From Octopus vulgaris (lineage: Eukaryota), in NCBI GenBank assembly GCA_951406725.2, contig OX597835.1:10664001-10728000 (forward strand): a stretch of 64,000 bases of DNA. The letters run 5' to 3'. Positions 1-12,780 of the stretch are shown one piece after another. The notes under the pieces are model-generated. The model worked only from the letters and a program-made list of their open reading frames with translations. It was not told where the DNA came from and ran no database searches. Positions within the stretch are counted from its first letter, which is position 1; every line of letters starts with the position of its first letter. A program made the position numbers and the translations under genes.

Positions 1-160
1 TTGGACATGTGTGTGTGCTTGGACGTGTGTTTGTGTGTGGTTGTGTTAATGTGTGAGTGTGTATGCACTTGTGGACATGTATGTGTTTGGACATGTATGA
101 ATGTGTATGTGTGTGTGTCTGGACATGTATGCATGTGTGTGAGTGTGTGCATGTACCTGG

Positions 161-195
<35 letters not shown>

Positions 196-719
196 GAATG
201 TATTTTGTCAGAACAATTCATATTATAATGTTGTTTGAACCAAAACAAAATTCGCCATCCTTTCACCTCTCTTTTGACAACAATAACAACTAAAACAAGA
301 AAAAAAAAAAAGAAAGGAAAGAGCAAGCAAGACAAAAACGAAGATTGTAACGAGGAAATTAAATTTATTTGAGTTTCCTCGTTAGTTTGAAAACGACGGT
401 AAAAAAGAAAATTATTAAAATATATAAAAGAAAAGCCTAATGTTTGGGTGTCTGGGGAGAGAGAGAGAGAGAGAGAGGAAGAGAGAGAGAAAGAGAGAAA
501 GAGAGAAGTGGTTGAGAGAAAGGAGATAGGGGGAAGAGCGAAAGTGTGTGTGTATTGTGTGTAATATACATTTATAAGTCATGGTGGTGCTCCAGCATGG
601 CCTTAGATGTACGTCTAGAATTATTTGTAAAAGAGAACAAGAGACTGTGAACAAGTTAGACAGATGGAGAGTTATATCATGGAGAGCAAAAGAGGAGCCG
701 ATGGACATTTAATTAGAGG

Positions 720-1174
720 AAGAGGTAGACAGACGGACAGATAGGCAGACAGATAGGCAGACAGTCAGATAGACAGACAATCAGACAGACAGATAGATAG
801 ATAGATAAATAGATAGATAGACAGATAGACAGACAAATAGACAGACAGACAGATAGACAGACAGACAGATAGATAGACAGACAGACAGTCAGATAGACAG
901 GCAGACAGACAGACAGGCAGGCAGATAGACAGACAGACAGATAGACAGACAGACAGTCAGATAGACAGACAGACAATCAGATAGACAGACAGATAGACAA
1001 ACAGTTTGACAGATAGACAGACAGTTAGGCAGACAGATAGACAGTCAGATAGACAGACAGACAGTCAGACAGACAGGCAGGCAGATAGACAGACAAATAG
1101 ACAAACAGATAGATAGATAGACAGACAGATAGACAGATACACCGACAAATAGACAGACAGATCAACAGATAGAC

Positions 1175-1209
<35 letters not shown>

Positions 1210-1420
1210 GACAGGGATGGATGGATGGATGGATGGATAAATGGAGAGATAGATAGACTGACATATATATATATATGTGTGTATGTATGTATGTATATAT
1301 ATGTATATTTATATATATGATAGACAGATAGATAGAGTGGTAGATAAATAAATAGACATCGATAGACTGACCGATACATGGATAGACAGACAGACTCAGA
1401 CAGACAGGAATGGATAGAGA
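720..1420. repeat. (GACA/GATA)n compound tetranucleotide microsatellite
   Basis: Directly visible. Confidence 0.95.
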
Positions 1421-1772
1421 GATAGATAAATAGATGGGTGGAGCATTAGATATGGTTGGACAGAGAGATAAACAGGAAGAGAGGGAGTCGATGGTGGTGG
1501 TGCGAGATTTTCTCGTTATATGAAAATGTTAATTCAGGAACATTTTAATTTTGATGTAATAAACTTTGTTCATATGTGTCTTTGATATTTTTCTCTCTAC
1601 TTTTGCTGTTTTTGTTTTTACTTATTTTTGAAAAATTATATTTTATTTTTAATTATTCTTGTACGTTCTTCCAACCTAATGGATGTTTTGTATGAAATAC
1701 ACACGTGTGTGTGTGTGTGCATGCGTGTGTGTGTGCATGCGTGTGTTTATGTGTGTGTGTTTAGTGAAACTG

Positions 1773-1915
1773 CATCATCATCATCATCATCATTATCATG
1801 TTTATCATCATCACCATCACTATCATCGTCATTATGATCATCACCACCATCACCATCACCATCATCACTGTCATCAACTTCATTCAGCACCACCAATATA
1901 ATAATAATAATAATA

Positions 1916-1951
<36 letters not shown>

Positions 1952-2218
1952 CATTATCACCATCTCCACTACTACCATGACTACCACCACAATCATCATC
2001 ACCACCACAATCATCACCACCACCACCATCATCATCATCACCATCATCCTCTCCACCATCATCATCATCATCACTACCATCATTATCATCATCACCACCA
2101 TCATCATCATCACCACCACCATCATCATCACCACCGTCACCACCACCACCACCACCACCACCATCGTCATCATCATCATCATCACCACCACCATCATCGT
2201 CATCATCATTGCCATCAT
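1773..2218. repeat. (CAT)n/(TAA)n/(CAC)n compound trinucleotide microsatellite
   Basis: Directly visible; source of the poly-H/I/M/D ORFs. Confidence 0.95.
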
Positions 2219-2716
2219 TCCCAGAAAACAATGAAAGAATTAATAATGTAAAAAACGAGTAAAACAAAATATAGAAGTACTTTGTTCTTACATGACCTTT
2301 TATTTTTAATCATTCGTTTGTTGTTGTTGTTGTTGTTGTAATTGATTTTGTTGTTGTTGTTGGCGTGGAGCAAAACAAAATTATTTCATGTTCTGGAATG
2401 AAATGGACGAACCATGTTTTCTTTTTTTTTTTTTTCTATTTTTTTTTTTAGCTTTTGTTCAGTGTTGTTTTTGTTGTTGTTTTTGTTGTTGTTGTATTTT
2501 TCTGGGATTTTTGTTGTTGTCATTTGTTTCTTCTTTTCTCTGCTAAAACAATCTGTAAACATGGACAGCTCTGTTATGGAACTCTTGTCACAGCACTTCA
2601 TCCGATCCGATATTGCTGGCCTGCATCTCTGCATGTATGTATGTATGTATGTGTGTGTGTCTGTGTGTCCATGTGCATGTATGTACATATGCATGTGTGT
2701 GTGTATGTGTGTGTAG

Positions 2717-2827
2717 AAATGAAAAGTGTGGATTATGAACAGGAAGCTTTAGATTATGCCAACCCCTCAGCCCCACACTCTGTGACCCCTGCACCGAAGT
2801 ATAATCGGACACAAGCACATTGTGTTG
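2717..2827 (+). CDS. Putative internal coding exon (111 nt, phase 1-1), EMKSVDYEQEALDYANPSAPHSVTPAPKYNRTQAHCV; ankyrin-like linker
   Basis: Unique, non-repetitive island between (GT)n tracts. Junctions tgtag|AAATG and GTTG|gtaaaa; open frame, length divisible by 3. EMKS-DY recalls the invertebrate ankyrin linker motif DEMKS (from memory). Acceptor lacks a polypyrimidine tract. Alternative donor after 2798 (gtataa). Confidence 0.5.
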
Positions 2828-3394
2828 GTAAAAAAAAAAGAGAGAGAGAGAGGATGATGTTGAGAATTGTGGACCTAATTGTGTGTGTTTGTGTGTGTGT
2901 ATGTGTATGTATTATGTACATGTGTGTATGTGTATGTATTATGTACATGTGTGTATGTGTGTGTGTGTAAATCTGTGAGACGGTCTCAGCCCTTCTCTCC
3001 ACTTTCGCCTACATCGGCCATATTGGATCTCAAAGATTTCAATTACTTCACCCTCTGCTATTGACTTTATATTGATTGATGTGATTGATACCTTTAATCA
3101 TTCACAATGCCTCTTCTATGTGATGGAAATAACCCTCCCCCCTATCTCTAAAAACTTCAGTTTGTAATTAAAAATGCTCTAAGTGAAGTTATCAGTATTA
3201 GTTTTTCAGGAATGCTGGTATAAGGGAATCCAAACACCCAGTCTTCAGTGATAACAGTAATAATTAAGAATAAATGAGTTTGAACTGCCTGAGGGATGTG
3301 GCCAAAATGTACCCTTGCCTCTCCAAGCAAGACGTATTTTAAATGAGTGTTTGTGAGTAAATGTTTGGAAAATTACACATTCCACTGGTGATAA

Positions 3395-3752
3395 TAACTG
3401 ATGAATGGTGATGACTGATGAATTATGGCATTATAAATGATGATGAATAATGACAGATGAATGATGATGCTTAACAGCTGATGGCAAGAAATGAATTGTG
3501 ATTGATTATTGATGAATGATGGTAGATGATTGATGAATGATGATTATTAATGATTGATGATAGTCAATGAATTATGATTGATATCTGGTTATTGATGAAT
3601 GGTGATGATTGATGAATTATAACATGTAAATAATGATACTTGGTGAATAATGAAGGTTAACAAGTGATGATAGCTGAGTGGTGGTGATCAATGACTAACG
3701 ATGGTTGATGAATTATGATTGATGAATGGCTTGGCAAATTATGATGCTAATG
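3395..3752. repeat. Degenerate GATGAATGA/TGATGA-rich tandem repeat
   Basis: Recurrent gatgaat(ga/ta)t units. Confidence 0.7.
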
Positions 3753-4049
3753 ATTTCTCTTACATTAGTTCTGAGCCAGAAATTTGTCAGAGAGTAGTTC
3801 TTATAATTTGAATGGACCCCAGTGCATATCTGGTACTTTATTTCCTTGACAACCAAAGATGAAAAACACAGTTCACACCACCAGAATTTGACCTCTCAAT
3901 CTATAGTTAACAGCTCTGAAATAACATTGAAAAATCATTTAGTCTGGTATTCTTCAGTCTGAAGAATACCTCAAACTTGGCACTAATAATAGTATTTATC
4001 CCTTACATTGGTCATGTTTTTGAAAGAAGACAGTCATGGTGATACTGAG

Positions 4050-4300
4050 TTGATCCAAACCAATTTGGCTGTTGTTTCTTTCTTTGACTACAATGAAAGA
4101 ACTTGTCTGTTAAGAGATATGTCTGTCTCACAAGATCAAAATGTCTCAAGAAAGGAATACGGAAAAATGTGGAAGCTTTAGTACTACAATAACACCAGTA
4201 GTAATTGGTGTGTTAGGAATGATAAAGAAGGGAGCGGAGAAGTATATTAAGCAACTCCCTGGTAACTCCAATCTCTGTGACCCCAAAGGACAGTGTTAGT
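4050..4300 (+). mobile_element. Decayed 3' end of an RLE-type (R4/Dong-like) non-LTR retrotransposon
   Basis: Interrupted translation RTCLLRDMSVSQDQNVS...EKMWKL..TITPVVIGVLGMIKKGAEKYIKQLPGNSNL, similar to the ORF at 44409-44678. Confidence 0.75.
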
Positions 4301-4626
4301 ATTTTAGCTTTATAGTATATAATATATTATGGGTGTCAAAACCATAATGATATCCATTTGGCAGCTGATGTTGGGTATATATATATATATTTTTTTTTTT
4401 TATACTTGTTTGTGAATTTTTTAATGTCTTAATATCATTATTCTGAGTTGTCCTTCAAGCAAAGTGGAAAGTGTTTGTGGATTCATGATTTGCTGAGATT
4501 ACTTATATTGATATTGGCTGTTTTTTCCCCCCTTAGATAATCTTATTAAAACTTGGATAATGCTTAGATGTTGGTGTATAGTTTTGGAGAGGTTCTGTGG
4601 CTTACATTATATATGCATATAAGTTT

Positions 4627-4675
<49 letters not shown>

Positions 4676-5586
4676 TACATATATGTAAAATAATGTATAT
4701 ATGTGTACATGTGTATGTAAAATAATGTGTGTATATATGTATATAGGTATGTATAATATAATTATAATATGCTGATAAAGTGATTTATAATACACTTAAC
4801 GAATACATGAGAGGTATCGTTGAAGACATCTTATGGTTTTTGATTTAATGAATATTTGCAGGTATTATGGAAAGAGCCTGAAGTTAAAACATGAATAGAA
4901 TCTTGATTATATAAACCATAATTATATTCATAATCAGAATCAGGACAGATCCTAACTCTTGAGAATTCAGTAGACCAAACATCAGCGTTTAGATGAAAAG
5001 CAGTCTGAATAAATAGGAATCTGAAAAGTGTTAAAGGTTTTCAAAAGAATTATGGTTATTAACAGCACCACAATGATCCAAGTAATTGAGTTATTCCAGG
5101 AATAATTAATTCAAATAATTTCTCTGGAGCAATTTAACATTGTCATCACACAATCTAATTACCATACTAATAGAGTGGAAAGTCATAACATGATTGCTGG
5201 TGGTTGCTGCTTCTTTTCTTGTTTGCTGGACAGCGAACTCAACAACTTTGCCGTTCTGTTAATTTGTCGACTTGCAATCTTTGTTGCTCCATTGTTATCA
5301 AGTAGATAATAATGCTGCTTTGATTGGCATCAGAAGTGATGCTGCTAGATTAGTGTGGCCAGACCAGCTACGGCGACGAATCAGACGCTGCATTTGTTGA
5401 TGTCTTTCTTTTCAACTAAACACAGGACAGTTTGTTTCATGTGAACATCAGAGTTGATTAAAGCGATTCACCGTTTGGTCTTTAAACATGCACACATACA
5501 CACACACACACACACATAATGCATGCAGGCATACACACATGTATACATACAGGCATGCACGAATATATACATGCATGGATATATTG

Positions 5587-6290
5587 TGGCCCTCCATTGG
5601 TTATGACGATGAGGGTCCCAGCTGATACGATCAACGGAACAGCTTGCTCGTGAAATGAATGTCCAAGTGGTTGAGCACTCCACAGACACGTGTACCCTTA
5701 ACGTAGTTCTCAGGGGAGATTCAGCCTGACATAGAGTGTGATAAGGCTGGCCCTTTGAAATACAGGTACAACAGAAACAGGAAGAAAGAGTGAGAGAAAG
5801 TTGTGGTGAAAGAGTACAGCAAGGTTCACCCTCAACCCCCCCCCCCCGCTGGAGCCTTGTGGAGCTTTAGGTGTTTTTGCTCTGGTTTTTGGTCTAGGAA
5901 TTGAAACTGTAATCCTATGACCGTGAGTCTGCTGCTCTAACCACTGAGCCATTGCATTTCCACAAAGGAGCATGCCATCGGTTATGACGATGAGGGTCCC
6001 AGGTGATAGAATCAACAGAACAGCTTGCTCATGAAATTAACATGCAAGTGGCTGAGTAATCCACAGACACATGTATCTCTAATGTAGTTCTCAGTGAGAT
6101 TCAGCATGACACAGAGTGTGACAAGGCCGGCCCTTTGAAATAAAGGTACTACTCATTTCTGCCAGTTGATTTAACTGGAGCAATATCAAATAAAGTGTCT
6201 TGCTCAAGGACAAATTGCTTTGCTGAGAATTGAACTCAGATCTTACAATCGTGAGTCAAATGCCCTAACCATTAAGCCACGCACCTTCAC
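5587..6290 (-). mobile_element. Two adjacent tRNA-derived SINEs (family B and a related variant)
   Basis: Reverse complements of the elements at 36460 and 59481; the second head resembles 19553. Confidence 0.85.
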
Positions 6291-7335
6291 AATGAATATA
6301 TACCTTACATACACACATAGATACATACATACATACCAAGGCTCATAAATTACAAGAGACATTAAAAACAGATGTTCACAGTGAATATAAATTTGATGCT
6401 CAAAGAAAAAAGTAAACGAGTAAAATTATGAGTTTTGGGGCTCAGCTACTCAATGGACATGTAGATAAGGGTCCGTGAAAGAAGTGAGAAAAAAAACTGA
6501 AAAAGAGAGGAAACAAAAATCCCAAACACACATGTATAATAAATGTATTTTTATATTGTCAAGCAATATATTATTGATTATGGCATATAACTGGCCAGAA
6601 TGTTATTGTTGGTCTCGTACTGAAAATTGTCATGTGCCAATATTGTCTACTGTCGATATTTCATGTATAATGAATGGTAATATTCTAACTAATTATATGT
6701 CATAGCTAGTAGCTATACCTGCTCTGTTACTTATACTGAGCATGTATTTTTTTTTTCTTTCTGACTTATGGACAACTAACTAATGTATGCATTTCAATTT
6801 TTGAAAATGAGATTGTGAATGTCTGCAACTATCAGATATGGATTTAGGATCTTTATTACTCCAAACCAACTGTGAGAAACTAAAAAGAAAATATGAGAAA
6901 TCTAAAATAAAAAGATAGATGAAACCTGAACCTAGTCACGTATTTCATGAAGCACACACACACAGCAACTTGAAATTATACAGTTTGTGACACAGCTCCG
7001 TGTTCATCAAAACTTACACTTTTGAAAATCATATAAATGTGAAACCAGTTGAGTGTATTAACTTTAATATAAATAGATTTTCATATATCCTTTCTGTGTA
7101 TTCATTTCTTCTGTACTACTATGTTTAAGGATTAGTAATTACACACTCTCTCTCTCTCTCTCTCTCTCTCTGTCACACACACACACACACTTTGCCGTAT
7201 CATTGTAGGTTGCATGTGATTTTTGAAAAAACAAAATGGATTTGGACTGAAGAAGGTTGAGAAGTGGTGCCCAAAATTTTTTATTAGAATGCATATGGTC
7301 ACGATTCTAAAAAATGGTTCATACAGAAACATTTG

Positions 7336-7349
7336 GTTGCCATAGTAAC
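7336..7349. promoter_or_regulatory. RFX X-box-like palindrome GTTGCCATAGTAAC
   Basis: Matches the X-box consensus GTTNCCATRGNAAC and lies in unique sequence; function unproven. Confidence 0.35.
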
Positions 7350-7534
7350 CAAGCTGACTGGCAGCTACACACAGGCTCTGTTGCTATTGGTTCAAAGAAT
7401 ATGTCTTGGAGATGATTCCAACTCTAAACCTGAACCAGCTGAACAATCGTTTTGAAGTCAATGCAGTGAGGCAAGCTCTGCATAGTGGTGGTACCTGCTA
7501 GAAGTGGCAACCAAACTTTCCTTGGAAGACAAAC

Positions 7535-7652
7535 ACCGAAGGATGAAAGGCAAAGTCAACCCTGGCGGAATTTGAACTCGGAATGCAGTGGCAGATGAAA
7601 TACTGCTAAGCATTCCACCCGGCATGCTAACGATTCTGCTAGCTTGCTACCT
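7535..7652 (-). mobile_element. SINE family C fragment (Nin/Deu-like central domain)
   Basis: gatgaaaggcaaagtcaaccctggcggaatttgaactc; similar to 43454-43686. Confidence 0.8.
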
Positions 7653-7973
7653 TAGACCCAAACCCAATAATATTACTGGTTAATGAAGAGTGACAGAGTC
7701 ATTAGAGCATTGGGTAGAATGCTTCGTAATATTTGTTGTGACTCCTTGTGTTTTGAGTTCAAATCTCACCAAGGTCAACTGTGCCTTTCATTTGTTTGGT
7801 GGGGGGGGGGGGGGTCAATAAAAAAAGTAGCAACCCAAATATGACACACCAGAGGAACTAAAATAACACTGGACATAAAGTAATGCCTTGTGGTATTTGT
7901 TATGGCCCTTTGCATTCTAAGTTCTAATCCTGCTACAACTTACATTCGTGGTAGACTTATCCCATCTGCTGGT

Positions 7974-8197
7974 TTAACTCTTTAGCATCCAGATTACTCC
8001 GTCAAATGTAATGCTTATTTATTGGACGTTGTTTTAAATTGACCATGCATTATCTTCTGGTTTTGAGATTTTGACGATGTGATCGTTTACTTTTAGAACG
8101 ACATTGTAGGGTAAGTGTGAGAAGCCAGATCTGGACAGTTTGAATATAAAACAGGTGGAATACTTGGCTATGGCCAATTTAGATGCTAAAGGGTTAA
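7974..8197. mobile_element. piggyBac-type MITE
   Basis: TTAA|CTCTTTAGCATC ... GATGCTAAAGGG|TTAA terminal inverted repeats with TTAA target site; second copy at 48738-48965. Confidence 0.8.
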
Positions 8198-8770
8198 CAC
8201 CACCACCACCAAGCGCCTTGGGTGTTCTTTGAGTCCATTCTGTTGCAAGTTCTTCAGGCCGAAGGTTAGAGTTTAAATATACCTCCTTCCCTCTCTCTAT
8301 CCCTTCCCCCCTTCCTTCTGCCAATCTCCGAAACCCTATAAAGGGTCATGGAATCTGCACTTGCTTTGCTGCCTGAATAATTTAAACAAATAAAAACTAT
8401 CATAGCGTAATCCTGTAAGTCTGGAAGAGGGGAAAGAGTAAGGAGAAAATTCCTGAAGAATTGAAATCACGATATGGAGATATGTCATTAAAGATATTTA
8501 TGGTCCAGTCTTTGGTGGTTTCTAATAAATTGCCATGATCACTCACAGTGTTACAGCTCCTGTAATTAGGTGTAATTATCATTGGCAGCAGTTCATGTTT
8601 TGTTTATCTTCAGTTTTCCACTAAGATATATATCCGTATATCCACACTCGTACACACAAACCATATTTCTACACATACATATCAACAATATATATATATG
8701 TCTGTCTGTCCGTATGCTTATACACACATGCACATGCATATGTAAATATATATATAAATATATAACTATA

Positions 8771-8801
<31 letters not shown>

Positions 8802-9232
8802 GCATGTGTGTGTATATGTATATATATATCTGTGTGTGCATAGAGAAAAGAGAATCGTAAAGAAATAATGAAAGGTAATCAGATGCCGCAATGAATACCG
8901 TAATCTCAAACACAGAAAATAGTCCAGAGAATTAACAAGCCGAGCAGAACAATTCTTCATTAGAATGCCTAAGAGAGGAAACGGTATGAATAACGGACCA
9001 GATTTGCACATAGATAGATAAATAAATAATGCAAGTAGCCAGAAATATTCTCTGCCGCCGCCCATCTAACCCACCACACCTTTTCATATTGATTGATCGA
9101 TAATAAACACGTCGAAATTAAAGTCTCCGGCTTTTCTAAAGAAATCTCTGGAATCAGACGAGATTATGCAGGAACAACAGTGGCCTTGTCAATAAAGCTT
9201 CACCGAAAGAAGATGCCACCAATATATACATG

Positions 9233-9266
<34 letters not shown>

Positions 9267-9605
9267 CACACATATACATATACATATGCACATACACAAT
9301 TTTTTTTATATGTGCATACTCGTCTGTAATGTATATGTGTGTGTCTATATATGAGTATATATATGTATGTATATATTTGTTAATATATATATATACAAAT
9401 ATATACACATGCATGTGTGTATATATATGTGTGTATGTATGTATGTATATATTTGTTTTTATATATACATATATACATATATACATGCATGTGTGTATAT
9501 TAGTGTTTTCATATGTGTGTAATATATGTCCGTGTGTATGTATATATAAATACAATATATGACATATACATTATGTATTGCACACACACACACACAAACA
9601 CACAT

Positions 9606-9642
<37 letters not shown>

Positions 9643-9777
9643 CAGAGAGAGATGTATAGACACGTGCATAAGCACACACACATTTGTTCATACATAATAT
9701 AATTTTCCATTAAGTCTAATATAAGAAGAATCCAAGCACATCAGACTAACATAGCGAAGAGAACAAGCGGAATAACA

Positions 9778-9811
<34 letters not shown>

Positions 9812-10239
9812 TTCCTCATTTACATGCTTACACACACACACACACACACACGTAAGCAGTGGAGACATGAAGTTGTAATAATGCCACAATCTAACAAACG
9901 TTACTAATAACGTTGTTTAGGTTGTTGTTGTTGGTGGTGGTAGTGGTGGTGGTGGTGATGGGGATGAGAAGGGTGGATGGAAGAGAAGGAAGAGGAAGGA
10001 GAGATCATGTAAACAAAAAAAAAGAAGTCAACAAAACAAATTAATACATCATCTTATTAATAAAAGTTAATCAAGGTATGGATAAATTAACAGGATGAAT
10101 CTCTGCTCCCTTGAGTCTCTTCAATACAACCCCACCACCTCCACTACTGCCGCTACTATGATCAATGCCACCACCACCACCACCACCATGACCACCACTC
10201 CAATAAAGAAACAGGCTAAAACCGTTATTTAGATTTGTT

Positions 10240-10552
10240 TACAACCGTCATGATCACCACCACTACCACCACCACTACCACCACCACAACCACGACCACT
10301 ACCACCACCATCATGGACACTACCATTTGTCCTCCTCCTCCTCCCATTCCTCAGTTCAACTTACTTTTCTCCGTGTGTGTGTGTGTGGTGTGGGGAGATG
10401 GAGAAGAAAAGCCAACCTCTCCACTTTTCTTAAATGTTTGTTCAAAGTTAGAAATTACTATTTCTGCCACTGCTATCATCATCATCATCATCGTCATCAT
10501 CATCATCATCACCGTCATTATCATCATCATCATCATCATCATCACCGTCATT

Positions 10553-10595
<43 letters not shown>

Positions 10596-10652
10596 CTGTC
10601 ATTATCATCATCATCATCACCGTCATTATCATCATCATCATCATCATCACCG

Positions 10653-10684
<32 letters not shown>

Positions 10685-10719
10685 GTCATCATCATCATCG
10701 TCGACGTCGTCGTTATTAC

Positions 10720-10756
<37 letters not shown>

Positions 10757-10800
10757 GTCATTATCATCATCATCGTCATCATCGTCATCATCATCATCAT
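10240..10800. repeat. (CAC)n and long (CAT)n microsatellites
   Basis: Directly visible. Confidence 0.95.
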
Positions 10801-11230
10801 GAAACTGTCTCATTGTTATTTGAGCCCAGCTAAATTGCCATCAGACCATCTTATATACACAAAGACTTTCCTGCCATGACCATTTCCACTTTTATCTGTG
10901 TTGGATCGAAGTGTCTAATATGTCTTTCATTTTCCTTATTACGGTAGTTGAGTGCGAATGAGTGACATTTTGGCTGCTTTTTCTAGCAGGCTGAAAGACT
11001 GAACGCTTGTCTTTGTCTGAAGTTGAAAATGTAAACATTGGTGTATTCCGCAGCCGTGAGGTTAAAAGGGTCAAGTCCCAGATCACTGGCTGCCCACAAG
11101 CGTTAAGCATGTTAAGTTCAATCCTTAGGTACATTACGTATCATCATGTTGCACCCTCAAAGTAGCATTCTGCATTTCATACAATATTTCATGTTACTGC
11201 ACATCAAGATGCATTCTTGTGCAACCTTAG

Positions 11231-11275
11231 ATGAAGAAATAACGATAAATTATGCAATCCAGAGAACTGTCTTAG
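11231..11275 (+). CDS. Candidate cassette exon (45 nt, phase 1-1), DEEITINYAIQRTVL
   Basis: ttcttgtgcaaccttag|ATGAAG ... TCTTAG|gtttgg. Open and frame-preserving, same phase as neighbouring exons. Confidence 0.35.
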
Positions 11276-11296
11276 GTTTGGGGCTATGATATTCTT

Positions 11297-11706
11297 TTCT
11301 TTTATTCTTTTACTTGTTTCAGTCATTTGACTGCAGCCATGCTGGAGCACCGCCTTTAGTCGAGCAAATCGACCCCAGGACTTATTCTTTGTAAGCCCAG
11401 TACTTATTCTATCGGTCTCTTTTGCCGAACCACTAAGTGATGGGGACGTAAACACACCAGCATCGGTTTTCAATCAATGCTCGGGGGACAAACACAGACA
11501 CACAAACACACACTCACATATATATATATATATACATATATACGACAGGCTTCTTTCAGTTTCCGTCTACCAAATCCACTCACAAGGCATTGGTCGGCCC
11601 GGGGCTATAGCAGAAGACACTTGCCCAAGATGCCACGCGGTGGGACTGAACCCGGAACCATGTGGTTGGTTAGCAAGCTACTTACCACACAGCCACTCCT
11701 GCGCCT
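11297..11706 (-). mobile_element. Full-length tRNA-derived SINE family A (internal TA/CA microsatellite, GTAAAAGA-type tail)
   Basis: Minus-strand head aggcgcaggagtggctgtgtggtaag...gggttcagtccc with A/B-box-like motifs; near-identical copies at 13803, 40353, 52403 and 63736. Confidence 0.9.
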
Positions 11707-12142
11707 ATGTATATGTATAGATTTCTGATCAATTACTCTTAATTATTAACTGGTTTTAAAGTTGACAGCTCAACCCATCTGCCGCCAAGAAGACGTGTCC
11801 ACATGCTTTGCGTGTCACTCTATTGCCTGTTCACTTGGCTGTGTGACATGTTATATATTGCATCCTATAAAATCTAGTCAGCTTCCTCATCATTCATTTC
11901 CCAAAGTCTGCATCTCATTCCCTTTCGCACTCAAATATCAAACTTCTAAATTGTCATATACGTCAGTTATAGGTTAAAGTCTTGCGTTTCCTCGTGTAGA
12001 AAGGACAGGTGGTAGAAGACAACGATTCCAGTTAAATAAATTTTTGGTTAAGTAAATGTGTAACAAGGCTTGTAAGGACTTGCTGAGCCATATACTATAC
12101 TTCCTGGTTTTTATTAATTTCTCTTTATTTAACACATTCTAG

Positions 12143-12148
12143 ACTTAG
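12143..12148 (+). CDS. Candidate 6-nt microexon ACTTAG
   Basis: Long AG-free T-rich tract (tttttattaatttctctttatttaacacattctag) followed by ACTTAG and a consensus donor gtgagt. Confidence 0.4.
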   Translation, partial: T

Positions 12149-12172
12149 GTGAGTAGCCACTGTTAATTACAG

Positions 12173-12245
12173 GTGAGAAAGATATTAAACAAGCAGTTGA
12201 GTTATTAGATCCACAGAACCGTGTGATCGTTGAAGAAGCTGCACA
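12173..12245 (+). CDS. Putative coding exon (73 nt, phase 1-2), GEKDIKQAVELLDPQNRVIVEEAA(Q); ankyrin-like linker
   Basis: ttaattacag|GTGAGAAAG ... GCTGCACA|gttagt. Protein-like translation; the end phase matches the start of exon 14711. Confidence 0.65.
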
Positions 12246-12611
12246 GTTAGTATTTGTTACTTTGGAGTTGATGGATTGGTCAAGCACCAGGCAACAGATC
12301 TAGTGTCTTAGAGGTTCTGCATTTCAGTGTGTGTGTGGTGGTGGAGAGGGGGGGATGAAGAAGTAGAAGAGGAAGGGAAATGCATGAATGAATGTCTTAA
12401 TGTTAGTTCTTTGGTAGAACACCAGGCAGCAAACCTAGAGTGTGCGGTTCATGCCTTACCTTGAGCACCGTGTTGTCCATAGTTAGCTGGAGTTAAACAT
12501 TTTTCAATTTATCCTGAAGGGAAGTAGGGTGAGGGTGACTCATTGTGGTGCTGAGTTCAAATCTTCTTGACTGTAGCCCGAAGCCAGAAGTGGAGCTGAA
12601 TCTCTTTGATG

Positions 12612-12780
12612 CCATCATCATCATCATCATCATCGTCATTTAGTGTCTGCTTTCCATGTTGGCATAGGCTGGATGGCTTGACTGGAACTGCTAAGCTGGA
12701 GAGAGCTGCACCAAGTTCCAGTCTGTTTGGCAAGGTTTCTATGGCTGGATGCCCTTCCTAACACCAACCACTCCAAGAGT
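12612..12780 (-). mobile_element. Dispersed (GAT)n-tailed retro-repeat, family D (shares the 3' region of the RTE-like element at 61070)
   Basis: catcat...tttccatg..ggcat...ggctggatgcccttcctaac; other copies near 14308, 21048, 23918, 29527, 55064, 59150 and 63250. Confidence 0.8.
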
